From Octopus sinensis (taxonomy: Eukaryota), in assembly GCF_006345805.1 (NCBI RefSeq), contig NC_042997.1, forward strand, positions 19,282,001-19,346,000: DNA of 64,000 bases, read 5' to 3'. Of this stretch, positions 1-11,930 are shown one piece after another; position 1 is the stretch's first letter, and each line of letters starts with the position of its first letter. The notes under the pieces are model-generated. The model did not search any database. It was not told where the DNA came from and saw nothing but the letters and a program-made list of their open reading frames with translations. A program made the position numbers and the translations under genes.

Positions 1-3000
1 ATCATATTATGTTCTACCTGGATATATTAATAAGAGTCTGGAATTCATTGATTATTCCATCAGTATCAACCTGGAATTTTATTGGTGAATATTTCCTGAG
101 AATAGAATTATTATGGCTTTAAATGTTTCTATATTATTTCAATAAAACTTTTCCTTATTCACTTCTCTTAGTTTCTTCAATAGTTTCCAGAAAACTGCAT
201 TAGGGATTGAAGCATTTTTTTCTGTTTTTACCATTTTCAATGTTGTTTAGCCCCAAGGTCAGTTATTATTTAGCAACCCGGTTTTGAAATACATTCCTGC
301 AGTGTTTATCCTGTCTCTTTTGTAAATCTAGTCTACATTAGTTCTTATCCATTTCCATTTATATTACAATTTGACTGGCATTTCTAGAAAATGCAGTCTC
401 CATATAAAGAATATAAAAAGTAATACCCAACATCCGAGTAGGTCTATAACCCATCAATCCAGAAGTTCCCTTCTGTTTGTTTTTTAGGTAGATCCACCAG
501 CCATCACCAGATTGCCATGCCTGTTGTGACTTCAACATAATACTCATGTTTACTAGCTGTGTGGACCAGAGCAACATGCTGGAGCAAAGATGGCAAATAG
601 CCAGTGAAATCATGATGGTGATGAAGGATGGGATGCATGACTTTCTAACCTGTAAGCAAAGTGCCCCCACCATATAGTGAATATCTCTGCCAGATTTGTG
701 AATTTTTTTTTTTTTTTGATTGGTTGATTATAACAATATCTTTTGTGTTGGTTCCTGAATTGTACTATGTCTCAGAATACGATAAGATGTTTATAAGATG
801 AGGACGAATGAATATTCCTACAAAGATCTCAGCAATAAATGTCAGAACATATTTCCCCGCCCAATGGCACATTAACTTATAAATTTTATTATAGTTCTAT
901 TGTCTGTGGGCATGTGTGTGTGTGGGTGTGCATGTCTGCATGTGTGTGTAGATTACTTTGCTGTGCCAGACCATTATTAGTCGTTTTTACATACATTAAT
1001 TTGAGCTACAAGCTGTTTAGTCTAGCCTATCTATTCTTAAAGTCACTAAAAAGACATCTTGGGCAGAATCAAATTCTAAAAATTGTATAACCTTAGTAAA
1101 TGTTTGCTTACCTTATTCAACATTTTCCCCAAAATTGCTTGCTAAGTAAATTCAACTTTGCCTTCAATCCTTCCAGAGTCAATGATATAAAGTAGCAGAG
1201 AAGAAATGGGATCAATTTAATCAACTGATAGTGGTATCTCACAGGTTTCTTCAAGCAAAATACACAAAGCAAAGCTGAGTGCCTTGAATTAATATTCTTA
1301 GTAATATTTGCGTTTTAGGGAGTGCCAAGGGAGTAAACCTCAAAAGTTGCAGTATTCTTATGAAGGTCATCCCTAGATTTTATTAATAGAAGTCAAAACA
1401 ATGGATAATTCCATATAAATTTTGCAAATTCTTTAAGTAATGGCATATGTGGAATGTCAGCTATTGTGATCATTGCATACCAACTGAAGAAGTATATTAT
1501 TAAGAAGGTAGAATGAACTAAAAATTCTCAGTATTTTTACGTAGGCACTGCTTATTAACAATGAAAAAGTAGAAAATAAATAACGAAAGTTTCACTGAAG
1601 CTAATATGTATTTTGGCCACTATTCAGAGGGGAAATCGGAAAACAACAATCAGACTGTGAATTTATTCATATGAAAGTTCTCATATCAATTTTATAAAAC
1701 AATACTTTAATCTTCCACTCTCTAAGGCAAAGAACAAGAGCCCAGGCCATAAGACTTTTTCCTTCCTATAACTACAGAACTTATGAAACTCTTCTAGTAA
1801 TTGTCTTACAGATGAATTATTGCTAATGCATACAATCAATAGTTTCTTCAGCTTTCAGATTTTACCTTTTAATATTCAAGATTTTTAGTTTCATTTCTGA
1901 TCATATTATCCACTTATATTATTCATTTTTGTTTAAGTTGCTTGCAAAATGGAGCTGCTTTAATCTGATTTCCCAGTATAATATCATTTTCCTATGGCTT
2001 CCCAAATTTTTAAATGCTTAGATTTTATTTTATGCCATTAATTGGATCAGAGAATATCTTCTCTATCCAATATGAATACTTACCTAAGGTATCATTGTTT
2101 GATAATTAGTGTCTGTTTTTAAGAGGTAAAATGAATTTAACAGCATATGACTGAAATAAATGACCAAAAACAACTAACACTAAGCCATAACTGTTTGAGA
2201 TTATCAATGAAAACTAGAGATAATGTTAAAGAATCAAGACTTACTTTCAAAAACTTAATTTGCATAGCTACGAACATGATTTAGTTTTATTGGACTATGT
2301 CCAAAAAGCACAATTATAATAAAATCTACTTTGATTAGTCATTAAAAGTTTATACTTACAGCAAAAAAAAAAAAAAGAAAAAAGAGAGAAACAAAGATTT
2401 TCATCAGTAGTAATGTGGTTAGTTAAAAAAATATAACGAGTTAAAGGAAATAACCCAGGAAGCCATTATGAAGTGTCTCCAGCGGATTTGAAAACAAGAT
2501 TTATTTATAATGTTCAAATACTATATAAATTCAACCTTTTCACCCATGAACAATTCAAATTATATCTTAAGTAATGGCATGCAGCTGCCATTTCTGATGG
2601 AATGAAAGGTGAGATGATAATCCTAGCCAGGACTAATTTAAGCCATCTTGGGTGGTTTTTTACCTGCATTTGACAAAAGGTAAGACCAATACATCTAAGG
2701 GAAAGCACTGAATTCAGGCTGGTAAGAAGGTTAAAATGCTAGACTCAAAAACTACTGGGTTACCACTTTATTTGTAGAATTGATGGATGAATATTGGATG
2801 TCCAGATTAGTTTATCCAAACTTCTAGGAAAGTAGAGTTTGTCTTATGATCTTTCAGGGTGTTGATCCACCCTTTGCTCACCAAAGCAAGAGCCTAGAGT
2901 GATGTTGCCTGTTTTGTCACTGACAGCCTAGCCATGAAATAGACAATACTGATTTACATCATTACCAGTAGCAGGTCCTTTTAAAAGTAACAAATCATGA

Positions 3001-3479
3001 GATCATATCTTACTGGCAATCGGAATAAAGCATACATCAGGGTTGTGTTATTTAGCAATTCACTAATTTTTTTCGATTAATCAATTTCAGAAATTTCTAG
3101 GCAATATTAGAATGTCTATTTTCTCTAGTACCAAATATGTTAGTCATAATCAGTCATTCTCAGCCAGTTCACATTCTGATTCAAAATTTGGTGAAATTAT
3201 TGAAGCACTCTTTCTTTTACAGATATTACCAAGACTGTCTCATTATCAATTTCACATGCATGATTTAAAAATGTCTTTGTGAAAGCAAACCTTATCTCAT
3301 CTAAATCTATCTTTAATTTATTATTTTCCCATTTTTGATATGTAGTAAGAAATATTACTTACTGTAACACTGCATCTATCATATAGTTATATAGTGTCTC
3401 TTTCTCCTCTTTCTAATTCCTCCTCTCTCTCTCACTGTGTGTGTGTATGTAATCATCTTTTCTGTAACTGGTACAGCCC

Positions 3480-4290
3480 ACTAGTAAATTGTTATTCTAG
3501 CTGTCCAAGTCGTCTGCAAGTTCATTGATTTCTGTCCTCCATTACATATTCATGGTTACCTTGGTAGACCTATCCAGTTCTTGATGTCGAATGATGTCTT
3601 CCCTTGTCATCTCTTTTCCCTTCTTTCAACAATGATCTGAAGCATAGTTTTGGACAGGTAGTCATGGCAAGATACACATCCATTTCAGGCAAAACTTCAT
3701 CATTTCACTGTGGCAATTAGCAGCTCTTTGCATATCCAGAGATCCGAAAGCTTTTTTTCCTGTGTTCTGTGTAGATGAAATGTTGCAGCCTTCAGAGGCA
3801 CTTGCTCAAATGCGTACTTTATTTGTTTCAAGTTATCTATAAATGTTCAACTTCAGCATCTATACAGAAAGATTGAGTCTAAAAAAGTGTACAGTTCAAG
3901 ATCCATGAACTGATAAGAAATACAGCTTTTCTATATGACATTCAATTTTGTGGTGAGAAATGAGACTAAGCAAAGTCTTGCCTTTATCTCTTTTACCGAA
4001 CTACTGTCCTTGTTTAAAATAGAGCTATTGAAATTTATCCACTTGTTCAGGATTTTCCATTCAGTACAATATTTGTAGTTGCATTCAGCTTGAAGCTATT
4101 GATTAGTTTCTTGCTCTTTTCTAAAATGTTTCCCATTCAGTATACTTCTGATGCTCTTTCCAGTTTGGTTGTCGGTGCCAGGAATTCTATTTCACTACCT
4201 TCACTAAGTCAATATTGCTAACAAAATGCAACAGGTCAGTTTTGCTATAGAAATGAAAGCATGGAAAATATGAAGTGTCTCCTGCTTGAT
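3480..4290 (-). mobile_element. Decayed RTE-type LINE, C-terminal ORF2 remnant
   Basis: The minus strand near 3560-3640 reads IVERREKR*QGKTSFDIKNWIGLP. This resembles the RTE C-terminal VEGxRxRGRQxKxWxDNIKEWTGL motif. There are many stops and frameshifts, and the 5' limit is uncertain. Confidence 0.55.
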
Positions 4291-4369
4291 ATTTTCCAGA
4301 AAGATGTTTAAAAAAGCACTAGACAGAAGAGACAACTTCAAATAAATATGAATAAAAAACTAGATAAAT

Positions 4370-4615
4370 TGCAATTGCTACATCGCACATGCCTGCAATG
4401 CAATGAGAAATATATTGGCCAAACAGGATCATAATTAATATCACAGATTTGAGTACATAGACAAGTCAGAGATTAATCACTTAGAAATGCTCCATGTAGT
4501 GAACACCTAGATATTTGTGCAAATGGAAAATTCAAAATATTTCCTTTTGTCAAAATAAAGGTAAAAAATGAATTTATAAAAATTCTAAATCAGAAACTAA
4601 GCCAGAAATAGCCAA
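4370..4615 (+). mobile_element. Penelope-like element GIY-YIG endonuclease remnant
   Basis: One frame from 4387 reads TCLQCNEKYIGQTGS*LISQI*VHRQVRD*SLRNAPCSEHLDICANGKFKIFPF, matching the CxxC..YIGQTG..HRQ pattern of Penelope GIY-YIG domains. It has 3 in-frame stops. Confidence 0.7.
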
Positions 4616-4948
4616 TATTACTGCTAAAAGCAAATTCCGCTTTACAGATCACCCTGTAACATGTGTGTTTGAAAAACTTTAAACAACCAAAGCACTTAAC
4701 ACAATGTGAAAAATTCTTTTCAAAAGTCTCATGTCATTCTGTTTTTAAGATTTTTTAATATGTAATATGATGAGGTTTTTCTTGATTCTGTCTTATCAAA
4801 TTCACTCGAAAAATTTTGGTTAACTCTGAACTTTCAAAAGACATTTGTCCAAGTTGCTGTATTGTTGTGAAGCATATTTCTGAACAACACTGCCATAGCT
4901 GTGCCAACTTGACTTAACATTGCATGCTAATTGCAAGCAAATTTTGAC

Positions 4949-5191
4949 GGTGGCATGTGTAAAAAGATTCAAGTGAGGTTGTTGCCAGTACCACCTGACT
5001 GGCCTTCATGCCGGTGGCATGTAAAAGCACCCACTACACTCTCGGAGTGGTTGGCGTTAGGAAGGGCATCCAGCTGTAGAAACTCTGCCCGATCAAGATT
5101 AGAGCCTGGTGCAGCCATCTGGTTCGCCAGCCCTCAGTCAAAATCGTCCAACACATGCTAGCATGGAAAGCGGACGTTAAACGATGATGAT
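4949..5191 (+). mobile_element. SINE-like family A ((ATG)n-tailed, probable RTE partner)
   Basis: Shares GGAAGGGCATCCAGCTGTAGAAAC...GGACGTTAAACGATGATGAT with about 10 other copies in the window. It interrupts an older family-F repeat (4900-5400). Confidence 0.85.
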
Positions 5192-7079
5192 ATTTCAAGA
5201 TGTTGCAATTGTTTCCTATCTTCTGTGAAAACATGTCCAGATCAAGGGAAATATCATCTTGCCTGGAAACATGAGAAAGGAAGTAACACAAGGGACATCT
5301 AGAAATAGAAACATCTGCCTTGACATATTATGCCTGACCCATGCAAGTATGAAAACAAAGACATTAAAAGGAAGTTCCTGATGATGTAGATATAAATACA
5401 AAGGTGGAGAGATGACAGAATTGTTAGCAAACCAAACAAAATGCTAAGCAACATTTCGTCCATTTTTACAATCTGGTGAGTTGATGAAATAAGTACCAGC
5501 TGAGCACTAAAGTCAAATGGAATGACTAACCTCTTTCCCCCAAAATTTCAAGCATTGTACCTATAGCAGAAAGGATACGCATATAAATACAACACATACA
5601 CAATCACTCATACACATTTGTGTATTAAATGATCAAGTAATTATATTATCTTCAAGTACTTAAAAAATAACAGCTGACAGTAGAGTCAAATTTATTGTGA
5701 ATATCAAGTTAACTGAGACTTCACCTTCATAATATGTATGTGTGTGTGTGCATGTACAGAGAATGACAAAGAGAAATACACACACATACACTTAAAGTAT
5801 TTTCTTCCTATGTAATTTGCTCACATTCAGTAAGTGACTCTACTAAACGTGTTGTTTCTTAGTAAACAAAGGTAAGCTACTTATTTTTGACTAAGTATTA
5901 GAAGCAATTCAGAGTAACAGTTCTCTTGCTATGCAAAGAAACTAAACAGAGCTCCATCCATGCTACCATAAATCTTTCCAATACAAGTTCAGTTAAGACC
6001 TTGGCAGTTATTTTCATTATGAGCTCCGTTACTTTTATATTTCATCTTAAGCTTTTCGCATGCATTGCTACAGTTTTTATGAGTGATAGTTTAATTGAAT
6101 TGAAATATATATTGCTGCACATGACTGAAGAATGCTTCAGTTTTGTCAAATGGGAGACGTAATACAGAAATAGTTTCAGGAAAAACTAAATTCGTGATAT
6201 TAGAAAGCATAAAGGTTACAATTTGATTTAAACCTGCATAACAAGATTTCCAGAGGCAAACTGTTTTATTATCATTTTATCTTTTATCATTTCTTGGTGA
6301 AGGTATGCAAAAGGCATCAACAAGGAAGCATTCCATCTGCTGGCTGATTTGATTTTTTTGTTACTAAACGAATAAAGAGTTGAATAACCTTTTGTTTTGA
6401 GATAAGTAATTAAAATTCCAATGTGCAATCTTTTAAAAAATAAAGATATTGTACATTTATGAAATTGTATCAAAATTAAACTCTTTCTATTTTTTGTTAC
6501 ATTCTGGAAAGGACTCTTGCATCTTTCTAAGTCTGCTAAAACAAAGTACCAGTCAGGTATTGTTTGGGTGAGCAGTTTAATTAGCTAAACTCTCCCTAAA
6601 GTTTCTAACCACATGCTTATGAAGGCAACTATCACTAAGGGAAGAAGATAAAGAAATTGTTAAAACTTTGAAATATTTGTTTTGAAATATTTTGTATTGA
6701 AATCCCACCAAGGCTTATTTTTGCTTTCATCTCTTCATGATCAATGATGTTATATTTAATTCAAGTGCTAGAGTCATTAATATTAAATAATCTTCTACCT
6801 TGAAACTGATAGCCTTGTCTCTAAATCAGAAACAGTTAAGGGTGTTGGAGTGGCAGAAAAATTTCAGTATCAGAAGAAATCCTATATCATTCTATGTTCT
6901 ATGTCGCCAGAATCAATAAAATATAGTATTAGTTTAAGTCTTGTGGTTGATGGCATCAACAAACCTTTCTTCAAAACTGCAGGTGTTGTGCCAAATTTTT
7001 GAAATCATTATTATTATTATTATTATTGTTGCTGTTGTTGTTGTTGTTATTGTGTTTTTGGTTTTTATAAAACAAACAA

Positions 7080-7111
<32 letters not shown>

Positions 7112-7534
7112 CATCGTCTTTCAATTTTCGTTTCCATTTCTTGCTAAGTATCTTCCCAACACCTAGAGCAAAAGAAACTCACTGTATACATTGGTAGGCC
7201 ATCAAAATAAACACACCAGATTGTTCATCTACATTCTCACGCTAGAGATAATATCACAAATCTAAACACTCTAAACTCACAAGCCATATGGAGTGGCGGC
7301 AGGGTGGGGAATCCAAAATTAATCCTCATCGCCGGAATTTTTTAAAAAAATCAAAGGTGATTTATTAATACAAAACTCAACATCTGCTAAATAATACTTT
7401 TTTACATTTTTTTTCTCTCTAAAAACCTTCCTGATGACCTTTGTAATCCAAAAAAACATTGTGACCATTGGTGCAGCTGTTTGACCATGAAGAGATAACA
7501 GATAGACGGACATAACACCCATTATAGTAAGATT

Positions 7535-7875
7535 ATTCAGTAGTCTTATTTTTATCACGTGCTTTCACTGCACTACTGAGTACAGCTCTCTGTGCCTTGG
7601 ATATGTGCTGTGGTTTGTTGTGATGTTGTTATTTTAACTGTATTGAAAGTTCTTAACAAAGGATGTGTGTAGTGTCTAGTATTTTTCTGAATGCTATATA
7701 TCATCATCATCGTTTAACGTCCGTTCTCCATGCTAGCATGGGTTGGACGGTTCGACCGGGGATCTGGGAAGCCAGAAGGCTGCACCAGGCTCCGGTCTTA
7801 TCTGGCAATGTTTCTACAGCTGGATGCCCTTCCTAACGCCAACCACTCCATGGTTATCTATATTCGTACGTCCTG
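7535..7875 (-). mobile_element. R4/Dong-like LINE 3' end fragment, interrupted by a family A copy
   Basis: Reverse-complement homolog of 14909-15095, followed by (TAT)n at 7876-7945. Confidence 0.6.
7701..7850 (-). mobile_element. SINE-like family A, truncated
   Basis: catcatcatcgtttaacgtccgttctccatgctagcatgggttggacg tail and family A body. Confidence 0.85.
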
Positions 7876-7902
7876 ATTATTATTATTATTTTTTTATTAT
7901 TA

Positions 7903-7946
<44 letters not shown>

Positions 7947-8059
7947 CAAAAGAACAGCACGTACCATCAAAGGGGTGCTTGGGTACAAATAAACAAAGCC
8001 CAATATAACCTGTTGTTTTGGTTATGTATTTATCTGTATTCTTTTTCTTTTCTTTTTGG

Positions 8060-8405
8060 CTTCAGTCATTTGACTGCAGCCATGCTGGAGCACCACCTTT
8101 AGTCAAACAAATTTACCCCAGGACTTATTCTTTGTAAGCCTAGTACTTATTCTATTGGTGTCTTTTGCCAAACTGCTAAGTTACAGAGATGTAAGCACAT
8201 TAGGATCAGTTGTCAAGCGATGATGGGGGAGGGGACAAACACTGACACACATATATATGACAGGCTTCTTTAAGTTTCCATCTACCAAATCTATTCAAAA
8301 GGCTTTGGTTGGCCTGAGGCTATAGTAGAAGGCAATTACCCAAGGTGCCACACAGTAAGTTGTTGTTGGTAAGCAAGCTACTTACCACACAGCCACCCCT
8401 GCACC
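8060..8405 (-). mobile_element. SINE family C (tRNA-like head, CORE-like segment)
   Basis: Reverse homolog of 15925-16240 and 48737-49332. Confidence 0.75.
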
Positions 8406-8559
8406 TATATGTCTTTTAATCATACCTAATGCACCTGTTATTATAGGGATTGTTTCTGCTTTTAGATCCCACATTCAAGTTATCTCTATTTCCAGATCTT
8501 TGTATTGTGAGAGTTTCTCTATTTCTTTTGGAGATACTTTATTATCAATCTCATTATCA

Positions 8560-9678
8560 TTGAGCAAAAGAGCAGTGCATGCCATCAAAGTGAGTCTGGG
8601 GTACAAATATATGAAGTCCAGTATACCCATTATGACAACCTATCTGATAAGGGAACACTAGGCACATGCATCACAAACATATATGCATGATATGGTGATC
8701 TTATATCAAAACAAACAGCGTGTGACCATATGGGTGGAGCCCAGCAAGAATTTTCTTCAGGTCAAGTAGCCCATCCCAGTCAAATGGTCCCTGAATAAGG
8801 GTTGTTTAGAGGATGATGAACAAAACACCCATATTTCCAGAGGTGAATTATTCAAACCCCAAAGATTTTCTCTCAATACATGGCTATGATGCTCTCCAGC
8901 AACTTCTACTCATGATCAGAGATGCACATACCATCAGCCACCAAGGACATGCTCAACTGGTTAAGGTCAAGCAACCGACAAGCAAATCTGTGGTTTTGAG
9001 CAAAATATTTGCTGTAGCCCATCTTTTATTACCATGCCAAAACAATGTACATGATAACATTTCCAGTCAGTTAAGATCAAAAGCCACGAGAGCCACTGCC
9101 TGGTACCACATCATCATCATCATCATTATCATTATTATTATTGAGTGAGAGAGCAGTGCATGCCATCAAAGTGACACTGGCGTAAAATATACAAAGCCCA
9201 GTATACCCAGCATGACTACCCATCTGATAAGGGTACACTAGGCTCATGCATCACAACCATATGTGCACGACATGGTGATCTCATATCAATATAAACAGCA
9301 CATGACCTTGCAGGTGGAGCCTAGTTAGAATTTTCTTCAGGTTGAGTAGCCCATCCTGCTCAAAAGTCCCTGAATAAGGGTTGTTGAAGGTTTTTGAATG
9401 AGATACCCATGTTTCCAGCAATGAATTATTCAAACCCCTAAGAATTCCTCTCATGAGGCTCCCTCACTACTTCTGCTCATGATCAGAGATGCACATATCG
9501 TCAGCCATCAACTGGTTAAGGTCAAACAACTGACAAGCAAATCTGTGGTATTGAGCAGAATATTTGCTGTAGCCCATCTTTTATACCAAGACAAAACAAT
9601 GTACATGATAACACTTCCAATCAGTGAAGATCAGAAGCTATGAGAGACACTGCTTGGTAATGCATCAGGGCATTTATT
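8560..9678 (-). mobile_element. Two tandem copies of ~550 bp repeat family B
   Basis: 8560-9107 and 9140-9678 align end to end (gagcagtgcatgccatcaaagtg...gccactgcctggta) and are separated by (CAT)n/(TAT)n. A reverse copy lies at 14345-14815. Strand is inferred from the TAA tail. Confidence 0.85.
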
Positions 9679-10217
9679 ACTATAATAATAATAATTATTA
9701 TTATAATAATAAAAATAATAGCTGACTTGAAGACTATGTGGCAATCACAGAAAATTACAAATTTATTTCCACAAAGAATTAAATTATTTGATGGGAGAGT
9801 TTCTACTAGAAATTGATCAGTTTAGTTACCATTAAGAGTGAAGACTCTCTTGACTATCATCTAAACGTGAAGATAAAGAAAGCAGTGTTGTGAATTTAGT
9901 CACAAGTTAGAAAATGAAAAAAGGAAATAAAGGGATGTTGGATGTGGAATACGAGAGGAAAGTGTTGTGAGTGATGTTTAAAGTGGACGAATGAGTAGGA
10001 AGCAAATAATGTGCAAAACGATATAGACAGAGCTAAAAATTTAAATCAGGCCATTATGAAAGTAGGTGATAATAATAATAATTGTAGGTGATAATAATAA
10101 TAGAGGAGGTGGTTGGGGAATGATGAAATAAGATGATGAGATAGACAGTTATGCCTATACATGGCCAATATTTCTTAAAACTAAGTGCCTTACATATAAA
10201 TAAAGAAAAAAACTACT

Positions 10218-10968
10218 CTTGCTTTACTGAACAATTCTAGATGGAAAAGTGAAGCATCAATACGTGCTATACAAAGCATTCAATTTTCTATATATGCCAT
10301 ACAAAAGCAATCTATCACTACTAGACATATTGAAAGAAACCATTTCAATTCTTTCAATATTGATGAAAGATGTCGCTTGTGAGATGTATTTTCTGGAACA
10401 ATATCCCCACAAGTCCTACACCAATTCCCACAAAATACCATGATGAAATTATTCTATATATACGCTTAGCTACCCAGTGTCAACTCCTCAGAGAAGAGTT
10501 ACGGTTCTCATATGACCCTTCACTTCTGTTAGAAAGCTTCAATGAAAATTTACTAAAGAAACAGCTCAGACAATGTTCATTCCATTGAAACCAAATATTG
10601 CACTCTAAACCAAGTCCCTGCTTGCACCAATTCTTCACCATTTTTCTTTTTACAGGGATCTAGCCAAATATTTGGAAACATGCCACAGTATATCACACAT
10701 CAAAGACAGGAACATCTATAACTTTTCAAACTTTTGACTAATATTTCTCATTCCCAATGTCTCAAAACAGATAGTCACATCTGGAATAGTAAAGAGAGGC
10801 ACTAGCTTGCTTTACTGAACAATTCTAGATGGAATAATGAATCATCAGCTACAATACTGGTCGTACAAAAGCATTCAATTTTCTATATGTACTGTATAAA
10901 AGCAATCTGTCATTACTACATATATTGAAAAGAATCTTTTCAATCCTTTCAATATTGATGACAGATGA
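10218..10968. repeat. Direct repeat pair of ~155-163 bp (10218-10372 and 10806-10968)
   Basis: Both start cttgctttactgaacaattctagatggaa and end tttcaatattgatga(a/c)agatg. The second copy is flanked by gaggcactagc on both sides. Confidence 0.9.
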
Positions 10969-11159
10969 GGCACTAGCCACAAAAGTGGTAGCAGCAAATA
11001 TGACTGCAAAATCTTTGAAAATGGAAATTAATTTTTAAAAATGATAATAAATTATAAGACAAGCACATAAACATATCCTTAATTCATCAAACAAAAACCC
11101 AAATACAACACTAATATAAGCACAACCACTAAAGCTCTCGACGTGTGCTTTAGTAACAT

Positions 11160-11930
11160 TGCAAGCTGAAAGGAATTATTAGATACCCCTTAACTCCAGA
11201 GCAAGAGAGAGGCACAGAAATAATTCACACAAGACAATGCCTCTTTAGCAAAGAAATTTACCCTGTAAAGGGCAAGTTGCAAGCTGACATGCATTTGTCT
11301 TTCAAAACGTGGAGAGGACTTCTGGATACTATCAAAGGAGGTTATTAGAAGCCTTGAATGAAGTATGACAAGATATGTGCTTTCATGATTGGGAAAGGGC
11401 ATATGGAAGCATGTGGTTAGTTATTAAGGTCAATGTTGAAACAAGGAAACATAAGGAGTTGGTATTCCACATACCTCCTCTCAGGTTGGTGCTGCACTGG
11501 ATGGGTAAAGAAAAGACAAAACTCATGATCAGAGATTTTTGGTAATGACATTGGTCCTTGATCTTTCATAATTTTTGCACCATATTATGGATAGGTGGTT
11601 CATGCAGAGGTTCCCAAGAACGTGTGATTAGGTAGGGTCTGTATGAATATCCAAATCCTAGTGATCTAAGAAGACCACAACACCATCCCAGTGCTATATC
11701 TCATTTAGGGCAGCGAGAAGCGGTCAATCAGATTGGTGGACAGTCTCTTGTTTAAAAGTATCGCCCTCCTTCCCATCCAGCTCAAAGGCCCTGAAAAAGA
11801 GTCATGTACATTGCCCTTCCTTCTAAAGTAAAATATTTGAACAAAATTTTCTTTAGCAGTAATAACAGCATCAACATAGGCTATAATAAACAAGCTTGTT
11901 TACTAGTGTGGCAAGACCCATAGAACTCAT
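11160..11930 (+). mobile_element. Decayed Gypsy pol fragment (integrase zinc-binding region)
   Basis: A frame near 11440-11620 reads HKELVFHIPPLRLVLHWMGKEKTKLMIRDFW**HW..FCT..GGSCRGSQ. This resembles the H..GxEKT..I...FWW....C..CQ integrase N-terminus. Confidence 0.5.

Noticed and set aside
10218-10968. TRIM-like LTR pair
   Set aside because: There are no TG...CA termini and no PBS after the first copy. The 11 bp direct repeat brackets only the second copy.
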